Source: Planctomycetota bacterium (GTDB lineage Bacteria; Planctomycetota; B15-G4). From it: DNA of 64,000 nt. A program made the translations under genes and the position numbers. Shown here piece after piece: positions 22,609-32,257 of the stretch. Below the pieces are notes generated by a model that was given only the letters and a program-made list of their open reading frames with translations, was not told the origin of the DNA and searched no databases. The stretch covers positions 4,000,001 through 4,064,000 of the forward strand of contig CBDFJQ010000002.1 in NCBI GenBank assembly GCA_965248575.1. The letters are read 5' to 3'. Position 1 is the stretch's first letter; each line of letters begins with the position of its first letter.

Positions 22609-24399
22609 ATGAACATCCTCGGACTCTCTTTCTACTACCACGACGGCTCCGCCGCCCTCGTCCAGGACGGGCACCTCGTGGCCGCCGGCGAAGAGGAACG
22701 CTTCAGCCGTCGTAAGCACGATCCGGGCTTCCCGGAGATGGCCATCCAGTTCTGCCTCGACCAGGCAGGGATCACCATCGACGACGTCGACTACGTCGTC
22801 TTCTACGAGAAGCCCTTCGTGAAGTTCGAGCGCCTGCTACTCACGGCCTTCCAGACCTTCCCGAGTTCCTTGCGCGTGTTCCGTGAGAGCATGCTCACCT
22901 GGATGCAGAAGAAGCTCTGGGTGAAGAGCCACATCATCGAGAAGCTGAAGATCCCCAAGAGCAAGATGCTCTTTGCGGACCACCACATGAGCCATGCGGC
23001 GGCCTCCTTCTTCTGCTCGCCCTTCGATGAAGCGGCCGTGCTGACCTTGGACGGCGCCGGCGAGTGGACCACGGCCACGATGGGTGTGGGCCGCGACACC
23101 AAGATCGAGATCCAGAAGGAGATGCGCTTCCCGCACTCAGTAGGACTGCTCTACTCCGCCTTCACGGCCTACTGCGGCTTCGAGGTGAACGAGGGCGAGT
23201 ACAAGTTGATGGGCATGGCGCCCTATGGCGAACCCAAGTACGTGGATCGGATCATGAAGATGATCAAGATCAACGACGACGGCTCGCTCTGGCAGGACAT
23301 GAAGTATTTCGCCTACCACTGGTCGGCCACGAGCAGCTTCACGCCGGCGCTGGAAGAGGTCATGGGCCGCCCCGCGCGTGACCCGGCCCTGGAAGACAAG
23401 AGCCTCGACCCCTTCTACTGCGATGTGGCCATGTCCATCCAGAAGGTGACCGAGACCATCGTCAAGAAGATGGTCAACCACCTGGTCAAGACCACGGGCT
23501 GCAAGAACGTCTGCCTGTCGGGCGGTGTCTCGCTCAACTCCGTGGCCAACGGCAAGCTGACCAAGGAGACGGACGCCGAGCAGCTCTACATCCACCCGGC
23601 TGCGGGCGATGACGGGTGCTCGGCGGGCGCAGCCCTCTGGGCCTACCACCACCTTCTGGGCAACCCGCGCGTGGGTCCCTTGGAGCACGCGTACCTCGGC
23701 AGCGAGTACAGCGATGCCCAGGTGGAGGAGTTCCTCACCACCAACGACATCCCCTTCGAGCGGATCGAGGACAACGAAGCCTTCTACGACCGCGTCTCGG
23801 ACGATCTCATCGCCGGCAAGGTGGGCGGTTGGTTCCGTGGGCGCTTCGAGTGGGGCCCCCGGGCCCTGGGCGCCCGTTCCATCATCGCGGACGCACGCAG
23901 CACCGAGATGAAGGAGATCGTCAACGCCAAGATCAAGTTCCGCGAGGCCTTCCGACCCTTCGCGCCGAGCGTGCTCGAAGAGCGTGCCCGGGAGTGGTTC
24001 GAGCTCGAGGAGGGCGACGAATGCTGGGCTGCCCGCTTCATGCTCTATGTGGTTCCGGTGCGCGAAGAGAAGCGTGACGAGATCCCGGCCATCACCCACG
24101 TGGACGGCTCGGGCCGCCTGCAGACGGTGATCCAGAAGTACAACCCCGGTTACCACCGGCTCATTGAGCGCTTCGCCGAGAAGACCGGCGTGCCCGTCAT
24201 CCTGAATACCTCGTTCAACCTGAAGGGCGAGCCCATCGTCGAGACGCCCGCCCAGGCCTTCAACACCTTCAGCCGCAGCGAGATGGACGTGCTCTACCTG
24301 GGCAACTACATCGTCATCAAGGACGCCAAGAAGATCATCGACAGCACGCCTTTCATGCTGCGGCATGAGGGCGATCGCGTTGCGGAGATGGTGAGCTGA
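22609..24399 (+). CDS. O-carbamoyltransferase (NodU/CmcH/SxtI family)
   Basis: HDGSAAL, EEERFSRRKHD, HHMSHAAA, GEYKLMGMAPYG, GPRALGARS, KFREAFRPFAP, THVDGSGRLQTV, LNTSFN. Confidence 0.95.
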   Translation: MNILGLSFYYHDGSAALVQDGHLVAAGEEERFSRRKHDPGFPEMAIQFCLDQAGITIDDVDYVVFYEKPFVKFERLLLTAFQTFPSSLRVFRESMLTWMQKKLWVKSHIIEKLKIPKSKMLFADHHMSHAAASFFCSPFDEAAVLTLDGAGEWTTATMGVGRDTKIEIQKEMRFPHSVGLLYSAFTAYCGFEVNEGEYKLMGMAPYGEPKYVDRIMKMIKINDDGSLWQDMKYFAYHWSATSSFTPALEEVMGRPARDPALEDKSLDPFYCDVAMSIQKVTETIVKKMVNHLVKTTGCKNVCLSGGVSLNSVANGKLTKETDAEQLYIHPAAGDDGCSAGAALWAYHHLLGNPRVGPLEHAYLGSEYSDAQVEEFLTTNDIPFERIEDNEAFYDRVSDDLIAGKVGGWFRGRFEWGPRALGARSIIADARSTEMKEIVNAKIKFREAFRPFAPSVLEERAREWFELEEGDECWAARFMLYVVPVREEKRDEIPAITHVDGSGRLQTVIQKYNPGYHRLIERFAEKTGVPVILNTSFNLKGEPIVETPAQAFNTFSRSEMDVLYLGNYIVIKDAKKIIDSTPFMLRHEGDRVAEMVS

Positions 24400-24926
24400 T
24401 GTTGCTCTCGAACCTCGAAAACCTGCCTGCGGTGTTCGCTCTCGCGGACGGAGACAGCGCCCTCGGAACGATGGAGTTCATCTTCCTGGGTCTGTGGCTG
24501 CTGTTCACCTCGCTCTACTGGTCGGCGTACAAGAAGCAGGAGAACCTGCCCATGTCCGCCGTGAAGGTGGGCTTGCTGCTGGGCTTCGTCTACTCCGTCA
24601 TCCGCGTCTTTGACTGGATGCAGGAAGCTGTCCCGGCTGAAGAAGTGCTGACTCTTTGGGGTCTGCTCTCGGCTGCGGAAGTGGGTGGGTCACGGGTGCC
24701 CTTCATGGGCTCCGCCTTCACCTACTTCGTCGTGGGCATCCTGGTGCTTGTGGCCTGGCACTCCCGGCGCAAGTTCGCCACCGTGGGCGGTGTCGTCCTG
24801 TCAGCCTGGGATCGCGGCCACTGGTACATGTTGCCGGTCATCTTCATCCTGATGACGGTGGGCCTGCTGCTCGTGGCTGCCGCTGCCTCCCCGGTGCTCT
24901 CGCCCTTCATCTACACCCTCTTCTAG
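24399..24926 (+). CDS. Membrane protein with C-terminal SxtK/DUF5989-like peptide
   Basis: Ends in HWYMLPVIFIL...SPVLSPFIYTLF; extra N-terminal TM helices. Confidence 0.75.
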   Translation: MLLSNLENLPAVFALADGDSALGTMEFIFLGLWLLFTSLYWSAYKKQENLPMSAVKVGLLLGFVYSVIRVFDWMQEAVPAEEVLTLWGLLSAAEVGGSRVPFMGSAFTYFVVGILVLVAWHSRRKFATVGGVVLSAWDRGHWYMLPVIFILMTVGLLLVAAAASPVLSPFIYTLF

Positions 24927-24983
24927 GGTGCCCGATGGTCCGGCTGGGAAAGCCGGACGGGGACGAGATCCCCGGCGCCGCCA

Positions 24984-25544
24984 TCAGCGCCGAGTCTTCG
25001 CCCCCGCCCGCCTGGATGTTCCAACGCCAGCCTGTTCGAGCGCATCGCGGTGCGAGAGGGGGAAGAACCAACTCGCGCGGTCGGAGACTTCCTCCGCCAC
25101 GAGCGGTGCGGCGCCCTCTCCGAAGGACTCGCTGACCCAGCTGACGCGATTCGCGAAGGGGGCCAGCAGCGTGAACAGCATGGCAGCGCAGGCGATGCCC
25201 ACGAGCACACCGAAGGGTCGATAGGTCGCTACGGGATCGATCTTCTTCTTGCCGCCGGCACCGCCGAGCAGGCGTGCCAGGGCGGGTAGGATCAACAGCA
25301 CGCCCGAGATGAAGCCGAAGGCGGTCAGCTGGGAGGCATTGTCGTTCGGGCTGTTGGGCATCCAGCCGAGCACGGTCGGGGTCAGGACCTGGGCCAACCA
25401 GAGGCTGACCATGAGCCAGAGCAACATGCCGAAGACCGGACCCAGGCCACGCATCAGGCCCATGATGACACCCATCAGCATGAGCATCAGGGCAATGCAG
25501 TCGATCGCGGCAATATCAGACAGCCAACTGCTGGCGCCGTCCAT
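24984..25544 (-). CDS. CvpA family membrane protein
   Basis: D..AL...GVIMGLMRGL pattern; 4 TM; RPFGVLVG. Confidence 0.7.
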   Translation of the reverse strand: MDGASSWLSDIAAIDCIALMLMLMGVIMGLMRGLGPVFGMLLWLMVSLWLAQVLTPTVLGWMPNSPNDNASQLTAFGFISGVLLILPALARLLGGAGGKKKIDPVATYRPFGVLVGIACAAMLFTLLAPFANRVSWVSESFGEGAAPLVAEEVSDRASWFFPLSHRDALEQAGVGTSRRAGAKTRR

Positions 25545-25633
25545 GGAACGTCTCCGAGGACATGGAGAGACTTGTTGCTCAGTCCCTCTATAATCCCGCG
25601 CGCATCCGCATCTTCAACAGAAACCTAGAATCC

Positions 25634-27982
25634 ATGCTGACTCCCCAGAAGCTCCACGCCGAGATCCCGCACTGGATTCGCATCCAGGATGTGGTTGACC
25701 AGTGCCTCGATTTCACCCTGAACCTCTCCCAGAGTGGTCACCCTGGAGGGAGTCGATCCAAGGTGCATGCGATGCTCACCCTGCTCCTTTCGGGTGCCAT
25801 GCGTTGGGACATCGGCAGCCCGCAGAAGCGCTTCGCGGACCGTTTCGTGCTCGTGGCAGGCCACACGAACCCGGTGGTCTATGCGCTCCTGGGCGTGTTC
25901 AACGAGGCCATGCGCCTGCGGCACGAGCAGACGGGGGACGCGCGCTTCGCCGCTCCCCTGGGAAGGGATTTCACTCTCCTGCCGGAGGATCTGCTGACCT
26001 TGCGCCAGCACGGCGGGCTGCCGGGCCACGCCGAGATGGAGGGGCGCACCCTCTTCTTCAAGGCGAACACGGGGCCGTCTGGCCATGGCGCGCCCTTCGC
26101 CTGTGGCCAAGCGATGGCCCTCAAGCACGCAGGTGCTGGAGATGTGCGCGTCTTTGCCATGGAGGGCGAGGGCGGACACACCGCCGGCGCCCACCACGAG
26201 GTGAAGAACAGCGCCTGGGGGCTTGGGCTGGGCAACCTGACCTACCTGCTGGACTGGAACGACTACGGCATCGATGACCAGGCGGTGAGCAGCGTGGTGC
26301 CTGGAACCCCCCAGAGTTGGTTCGAGCCCTACGGTTGGCGGGTGACGGGTTGCGACGACGGGGCGGACTTCGGCCAGTTGATCGATGCCTTCCACGAGGT
26401 CCTGGGTGCGCGCGACGCCAGCGAGGCCGTCCCCAGTTGCGTGTGGTTCCGGACCCGCAAGGGGCGCGGCTATGGGAAGTACGACAACGCCTCGCACGGG
26501 GCGCCCCACAAGTACAACGACGCCGGTTTCTGGGCAGCGCGGGAGGCCTTTTGCGAAACCTATGGCATCTCCTACGACGGCAAGGGGGTCGAGCCGTCGG
26601 GCGACCGCGACCTGCGCGTGGCCCAGACGCGAGACAACATGCAGCGCGCGCTCTCGGTGCTCATGGAGGATCAAGCGACCTTCGAGTTGCTCACGAATCG
26701 GCTCGCTGATCTCGGCGCCTCGGTGCCGGCTGACCTGCCGAGCTTCAACTGGGATCTCGCCAAGGATCCGCTCGAAGACCCAGCCCTCACGGACCCGGCG
26801 CAGCTGCCGGAAGAGGTGTTCGTCAAGCCGGGGTCCATGGCGCCGAACCGCAAGGGCTTCGCCAGCTTTGGCGCCTACGCGAACGCCGTGGGGGCCAGCA
26901 GGTATGGGCGGCCGCTGTTCCTCGTGTGCTCAGCAGATCTGGCTGAGAGCACCAACATCGCGGGCTTCGGCAAAGCCTGGGATGGCTTCGAGGGCTACGG
27001 ATGGTACGAGCGGGCCAAGGCGCCGGGTGGCGCCGTCTTGCCCCAGGAGATCACGGAGTTCACCAACGCTGGCCTGGTCTGCGGCATCGCCTCGGTGAAC
27101 TTCTCCGACAAGCCCTTCGAATCCTATCGCGGCTATCTCGCGGGCTGCTCCACCTACGGTTCCTTCAGCTACCTGAAGTACGGCCTCATGCGGCTTTTCA
27201 GCCAGATGTGCCAGGACAGCCAGGTGAAGCTGGGGCGCGTGATCTGGGTCGCCGGGCACAGTGGGCCGGAAACGGCCGAGGACAGCCGCACGCACTTCGG
27301 CATCTTCAGCCCCGGGGTGACCTCGCTCTTCCCGACTGACCACGTGGTGAACCTGCACCCCTGGGAGGCGAATGAGGTGCCTGTGGTGCTCTCGGCCGCC
27401 CTGGGAAGTGGCATCCCCATCATCGTCCTGCACCTAACGCGACCGCCGATCGAGATCCCCGATCGCGTTGCACTCGGCATGGACAGCCACATGGAAGCGG
27501 CCAAGGGGGCCTACGTCATCCGGCCCTTTGATCCGAACCGGGCTCCCGAGGGCACGGTGATCATCCGTGGGACCTCCACCACGGCCAGCATGATGAAGCT
27601 GCTGCCCTGGCTCGAGGGGGAGGGCCCCAACATCAAGGTGGTGGCGGCCATCTCACACGCCCTCTTCCGGCGCCAGCCGCCGGAATGGCGGGAACGGGTC
27701 CTGCCCGACGGCGAGTGGGCCAACTCCATGGTGGTGACCAACACGGCGGCGCGCTTGATGGGGAACTGGGTTCCTCATGCGGTGGCCAAGGACTACATCG
27801 TGTCCCCTGACTGGGACAACAACTGGCGAACGGGCGGGTCTGTGAGCCAGATCACGACGGAGGCGCAGATTGACCCGGAGGGCATCCGGGCAGGCATCGA
27901 GCGCTTCGTGAGCGAGGCTGGCGACCGGCGCCATCGGATGTCCACGTTGCTGGCGGGCTTGGATAGCGCGCTCAACGTCTGA
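25634..27982 (+). CDS. Transketolase-like ThDP enzyme (single chain)
   Basis: SGHPGGS, DRFVL..GH, LPGHAE, TGPSGHG, TRKGRG, SADL..S, HSGPETAEDSRTH; ATG at 25634 with TATAAT at 25589. Confidence 0.88.
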   Translation: MLTPQKLHAEIPHWIRIQDVVDQCLDFTLNLSQSGHPGGSRSKVHAMLTLLLSGAMRWDIGSPQKRFADRFVLVAGHTNPVVYALLGVFNEAMRLRHEQTGDARFAAPLGRDFTLLPEDLLTLRQHGGLPGHAEMEGRTLFFKANTGPSGHGAPFACGQAMALKHAGAGDVRVFAMEGEGGHTAGAHHEVKNSAWGLGLGNLTYLLDWNDYGIDDQAVSSVVPGTPQSWFEPYGWRVTGCDDGADFGQLIDAFHEVLGARDASEAVPSCVWFRTRKGRGYGKYDNASHGAPHKYNDAGFWAAREAFCETYGISYDGKGVEPSGDRDLRVAQTRDNMQRALSVLMEDQATFELLTNRLADLGASVPADLPSFNWDLAKDPLEDPALTDPAQLPEEVFVKPGSMAPNRKGFASFGAYANAVGASRYGRPLFLVCSADLAESTNIAGFGKAWDGFEGYGWYERAKAPGGAVLPQEITEFTNAGLVCGIASVNFSDKPFESYRGYLAGCSTYGSFSYLKYGLMRLFSQMCQDSQVKLGRVIWVAGHSGPETAEDSRTHFGIFSPGVTSLFPTDHVVNLHPWEANEVPVVLSAALGSGIPIIVLHLTRPPIEIPDRVALGMDSHMEAAKGAYVIRPFDPNRAPEGTVIIRGTSTTASMMKLLPWLEGEGPNIKVVAAISHALFRRQPPEWRERVLPDGEWANSMVVTNTAARLMGNWVPHAVAKDYIVSPDWDNNWRTGGSVSQITTEAQIDPEGIRAGIERFVSEAGDRRHRMSTLLAGLDSALNV

Positions 27983-28304
27983 CAAGACTGCGGCCGATCC
28001 TTCCCAGGAGAGCTTTTCTGCAGCTTGGGGTTGCCATCTCGGCCACTTCCCCGTATTCCCTACGGGTTTGATCTCCCCCCTAAAAGTTGCTTCTTGGCAG
28101 AGGCGAGGGCTGAGAATCGCGCTATTCCCAGAGGCCTCACGAGGCTGCCCCGGGATGAGGCGGTTCTGGTCTTTCAGTGCCCGGACATAGCCTTTCGGAG
28201 GGAGCCCCCCGTCTACTGACATTGGGATACACTACCGCCCCTCGGGCAGCCTTGACTCACTTTGAGACACTCTCACAAGGTGTTGCGCGGGGGGGGATTT
28301 TGCC

Positions 28305-29201
28305 ATGGCCATGACTGCAGCTGACTCTATTCATTCGCTCCGCGTGACCGAAAAGGTCCCCGCGGCCGTCGCTCTGGCGTTCCTCCGTGGAGATCCGCGC
28401 GAGAACGTCTTCCTCATCTCGCGCATCCAGCGCGGTGGGATGACGGACACCCGGCACCCTGCCCATGGGCGCTTCATCGGCGCCTATGACGAGGACCAGT
28501 CCCTCCGGGGCCTGCTCTTCATCGGCAACACGGGGACACTCGTGATCAGCGCCGACGAGCCGTGGGTGGCCGGTGAGTTCGTGGAGCCCATGCTGGAGTC
28601 TGGTTACCTCTTCAGCACCTGCATCAGCGAGTTCAACGCGGGCCGTGAGTTCCTCTCCAAGTACAAGAAGCGGAGCGGCCGCAAACCCATCCTGGACCGC
28701 AAGCAGTCCTTCTACACCATCGACTCCTCGACGATCGTCCGGAAAGGCATCAAGGAGATCGACATGGAGCAGGCCAGCCTCGACTCCATCGATGAGCTGA
28801 CGGACTTCGCGTGCTCGATGGTGATGGAGGACCTCAAGTTCGAGGACAAGGACATCGACCGCCGTGAGTTTCGCCTGCGCATGACCGAGAAGGTCGTTGA
28901 GGGGCGGGCTTTCCTTTGCAGGGACAAGGACGGTCGCTCGATCTTCAAGGCGGACATGGCCGTTGCTGGCACCGAAGGCGGCTTGCTCGAGGGTGTCTTC
29001 ACCCCGAAGGATCTCCGCAAGCAGAACCTCGCCACGCGGGCCGTGTGGACGCTCTGCCGTGATCTGCTCAACCGCGAGACGGTGCCCTTCATCGCCCTGC
29101 ATGTGGACGAGAAGAACAAGGCTGCCCGCCGGGTCTACGAGAAGATCGGCTTCCAAGAAGCGGCCTCCTATCGCCTCACCCTGATGCCGCCCATCGCCTG
29201 A
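28305..29201 (+). CDS. GNAT family N-acetyltransferase
   Basis: GVFTPKDLRKQNLA (motif A); N..ARRVYEKIGF. Confidence 0.85.
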   Translation: MAMTAADSIHSLRVTEKVPAAVALAFLRGDPRENVFLISRIQRGGMTDTRHPAHGRFIGAYDEDQSLRGLLFIGNTGTLVISADEPWVAGEFVEPMLESGYLFSTCISEFNAGREFLSKYKKRSGRKPILDRKQSFYTIDSSTIVRKGIKEIDMEQASLDSIDELTDFACSMVMEDLKFEDKDIDRREFRLRMTEKVVEGRAFLCRDKDGRSIFKADMAVAGTEGGLLEGVFTPKDLRKQNLATRAVWTLCRDLLNRETVPFIALHVDEKNKAARRVYEKIGFQEAASYRLTLMPPIA

Positions 29202-29237
29202 GCCTGCCGCTCAAGACCCGCAGGCAACTCCGCGCGG

Positions 29238-30167
29238 TCAGTCTCTTTGCTTGGCCAACCAGCGCTCGGCATCCAGGGCCGCCATGCATCCCGTGCCGGC
29301 GGCCGTGATGGCCTGGCGGTACTCGGCGTCGGCGACGTCGCCTGCAGCGAACACACCTTCCACGCTCGTGTTCGTGCCGTCGTGCAGATTGAGGTAGCCC
29401 ACCTCGTTCATGTCGAGCTGCCCCTTGAAGATCTCGGTGTTGGGCTTGTGACCGATAGCCACGAAGCAGCCGTTGATCTCCATCTCGGTTTCTTCACCCG
29501 ACACGGTGTTGCGCAGCTTGAGCGAGCCCAGCCGGCGCTTCTCGTCGAGTGAGACCATCTCGTCGACGACGGTGTTCATGAGCATTTCGATCTTCGGGTT
29601 GTCCTGGGCGCGGTGCAGCATGATCTGGCTGGCGCGGAACTTCTCGCTGCGGTGGATGATGGTCACCTTGCTCGCGAACTTCGTCAGGTAGTCGGCCTCT
29701 TCCATGGCGCTGTCGCCGCCGCCGATCACGGCCACGTGCACTTCGCGGAAGAAGGCGGCGTCACAGGTGGCGCAGGCCGAGACGCCGTAGCCCATGAGGT
29801 GGTCCTCGCCCTTGACCCCCAGCAGGCGTGCCGTGGCGCCCGTCGAGACGATCACGCTGTCGGCGAGCAGCTCGTTCTTGCCGTCGTTGAGGACGAACGG
29901 GCGCTTCGAGAAGTCGACGGATTGAATGAAGCCGGGGCGGATGTCGGTGCCGAAGCGGGCCGCCTGTGCCTTCATGCGCTCCATGAGATCGGGGCCGATC
30001 ACACCCTCCGGAAAGCCTGGGAAATTCTCGACGTCGGTGGTGATGGTCAGCTGGCCGCCGGGCTGCAGGCCCTCATAGAGCACGGGTGCCAGGTCGGCCC
30101 GGGAGGTGTAGAGCGCCGAGGTGTAGCCGGCAGGTCCGGAACCGATGATCACGACCTTGTGAGACAT
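29238..30167 (-). CDS. trxB: Thioredoxin-disulfide reductase
   Basis: IIGSGPAG, GGQL..TTDVENFPG, CATCD, GGGDSAMEEA, GDV...YRQAITAAG. Confidence 0.97.
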   Translation of the reverse strand: MSHKVVIIGSGPAGYTSALYTSRADLAPVLYEGLQPGGQLTITTDVENFPGFPEGVIGPDLMERMKAQAARFGTDIRPGFIQSVDFSKRPFVLNDGKNELLADSVIVSTGATARLLGVKGEDHLMGYGVSACATCDAAFFREVHVAVIGGGDSAMEEADYLTKFASKVTIIHRSEKFRASQIMLHRAQDNPKIEMLMNTVVDEMVSLDEKRRLGSLKLRNTVSGEETEMEINGCFVAIGHKPNTEIFKGQLDMNEVGYLNLHDGTNTSVEGVFAAGDVADAEYRQAITAAGTGCMAALDAERWLAKQRD

Positions 30168-30272
30168 GTCTTGAGGACTCCGTTTTCGAGGCGCCTGGGA
30201 GGGCGCTGGGCGTTGGGGGGCGGGATGGTAGCACGCTCGTTGTGAGCGGCACGAGACGGCTACAATGGCCAG

Positions 30273-31844
30273 ATGGCGCTCTCTGATGACTGGAACTTGG
30301 ACCCGGATACACCGACCCGCCCAGGTCGTCGGCGGCGGACTCAGAGCTCCGCTGCCTGGCCGTCTGCGGAGCCCGAGGCCGTCGGCGGCAGCCCGCCTGG
30401 GTCAGAGGAGGAGGTCCTCACGGTTCCCCAGGTTGGGGAGCGCATCCAGCAGATGCTTCAGCGGGGTTTCCCGCGCCCGTTCTGGTTGGTGGGCGAGGCC
30501 GTCGGTTGGGATCGGGCTCGGGCTTCAGCGTCCAGCCGGCGCAGTGGTCGCCATTGGTACTTCGAGCTGGTGGATGACCAGGCCAAGGGGGACCGCCGCG
30601 CATCTCTCAGCGTGAAGATGTGGCAGGGCACGGTGGACAAGCTCTTCGGCCGCAACGGGCGGCTGAAGTCGAGCATCGAGCCTGCAGACGGGCTCGTGCT
30701 CAAGGCCCTGGTGAAGCCGGACTTCTACGCGCCCCGCGGCCAGCTCAGCTTCACCATCGAAGACATCGACCCCGAGCACACGCTCGGCAACCTGGATGCC
30801 ATGCGCCGCGAGGTGCTGGAGCGACTCCAAGCCGAAGGTGCAGGCACCTGGAACAAGGCCCATCAACTCCCCGAGGTGCCCTTGCGCCTCGGGCTCGTGA
30901 CGTCACGCGGGAGCGCGGCCCACCACGACGTCATGGAGACGCTGAGTGGGTCGGGGCTGGGTTTCGAGGTGCTCTTCTCGGATGCCAGGACCCAGGGTGG
31001 AGAAACCACGCGCTCCGTGTGTGCAGCCATGCGCACCCTGGGGCGTCTCGAGCCTGACGTCATCCTGCTTGTGCGCGGCGGCGGTTCGCGGCTGGATCTC
31101 TCCTGGTTCGATCGCGAGGAGATTGCGCGGGTCGTCGCGGAGAGCCCAGTGCCTGTCTTGACGGGCATCGGCCATGAGATCGACACCTCGGTCGCGGATG
31201 CCATGGCCCACACGGCGTGCCGGACCCCGACGGCTGCAGCAGAGTTCCTGGTGACTCGGGTGCGGCAGGCTGCCGAGGACGTCGAGCGGCAGCGACTGGG
31301 CCTGCTGGAGTGTGTCTCGCGGACATTGACAGAACAGCAGGCGCGGCTCGAGCGCAGTGGCAAGGACTTGCGCCGGAGCGCACACGCTGCACTCCAACTG
31401 GCAGAGCATGCTCTCGATGGCCGCTGGCGTGAGCTGTTGCAGCGAGGCCACGATGTCTTGAATGGCGCTGAGGGAATCATCCGCGAGCATCGGGCCCGGC
31501 TCATGAGCGGACTGCACATCGAGCGCATCGGCCAGCTGGAGGCTCGCTTGCAGGGAGATGGCCAGCGGCTGGAATCCCGCGCTGACCTGGCGCTCACTCG
31601 GGCCGAGGATGCGGTGGAGTCCATGGCCTCACGGGTGCGCTTGCTCGACCCACGCTCGGTCCTCGCCAGGGGCTACTCCTACTTGCGGCAAGCCGACGGC
31701 CGCATTCTCATGGACTCGAGCAAGGTGCAGACGGGAGCGCCGCTCACCGCTGTCTTGCGCGACGGCGAATTGGATCTGAAGGTTCTTGGCGCACGTCCAG
31801 AGCCTAGCTCGCCACCCGAACGCGATTCACAGGACACTGACTGA
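30273..31844 (+). CDS. xseA: Exodeoxyribonuclease VII large subunit
   Basis: HWYFELVD, RGGGS..DL..FD, TGIGHEID, TPTAAAE, VLARGYS. Confidence 0.95.
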   Translation: MALSDDWNLDPDTPTRPGRRRRTQSSAAWPSAEPEAVGGSPPGSEEEVLTVPQVGERIQQMLQRGFPRPFWLVGEAVGWDRARASASSRRSGRHWYFELVDDQAKGDRRASLSVKMWQGTVDKLFGRNGRLKSSIEPADGLVLKALVKPDFYAPRGQLSFTIEDIDPEHTLGNLDAMRREVLERLQAEGAGTWNKAHQLPEVPLRLGLVTSRGSAAHHDVMETLSGSGLGFEVLFSDARTQGGETTRSVCAAMRTLGRLEPDVILLVRGGGSRLDLSWFDREEIARVVAESPVPVLTGIGHEIDTSVADAMAHTACRTPTAAAEFLVTRVRQAAEDVERQRLGLLECVSRTLTEQQARLERSGKDLRRSAHAALQLAEHALDGRWRELLQRGHDVLNGAEGIIREHRARLMSGLHIERIGQLEARLQGDGQRLESRADLALTRAEDAVESMASRVRLLDPRSVLARGYSYLRQADGRILMDSSKVQTGAPLTAVLRDGELDLKVLGARPEPSSPPERDSQDTD

Positions 31845-31874
31845 CATGCCATCACACGATCTGGAAACTCTCTG

Positions 31875-32225
31875 ATGACCGCCAAGAAGGCTGCCTCCAA
31901 GTCTCAGAAGAAGCTCACCTTTTCCGAAGCCCGCGCGCGTCTGGACGAGATTCTCGAAGCGCTTGAGCGGGAGGCCGACGATGTGGATCAGTTGGCCTCA
32001 CGGATCAAGGAAGCCTCTGAGTTGATTCGACTCTGTCGCGAGAGGCTGTCGGCTGCCCGGCACGAGGTGCGCGACGTCGTCGCCGACCTGGCTGCCGAGC
32101 CCAGCGCCGAGAACGGCGTTGAAGGCGTTCCAGACGTGAGCGAAACGGTGGAGTACAGCGCGGAGGAGGCAGAAGCCAACGCGGATGACGAGAGCGATTC
32201 GTCGTCGGGCACGCTTCCGTTCTAG
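31875..32225 (+). CDS. xseB: Exodeoxyribonuclease VII small subunit with long acidic tail
   Basis: LTFSEARARLDEILEALE...KEASELIRLCRERL; follows xseA. Confidence 0.9.
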   Translation: MTAKKAASKSQKKLTFSEARARLDEILEALEREADDVDQLASRIKEASELIRLCRERLSAARHEVRDVVADLAAEPSAENGVEGVPDVSETVEYSAEEAEANADDESDSSSGTLPF

Positions 32226-32257
32226 AGGCCGCCTCGGCGCGGCTCGCCAGTGGTGCG

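Noticed and set aside
22392..24926. Saxitoxin biosynthesis cluster
   Set aside because: Only the generic I/J/K-like module is present; no sxtA, sxtG or other core genes in the window.
27983..28304. ncRNA or riboswitch in the 320-bp intergenic region; G8 tract (28289-28296) as a phase-variation switch
   Set aside because: No recognisable RNA motif or strong stem; short G runs are expected at this GC content, and this one falls at the SD position.
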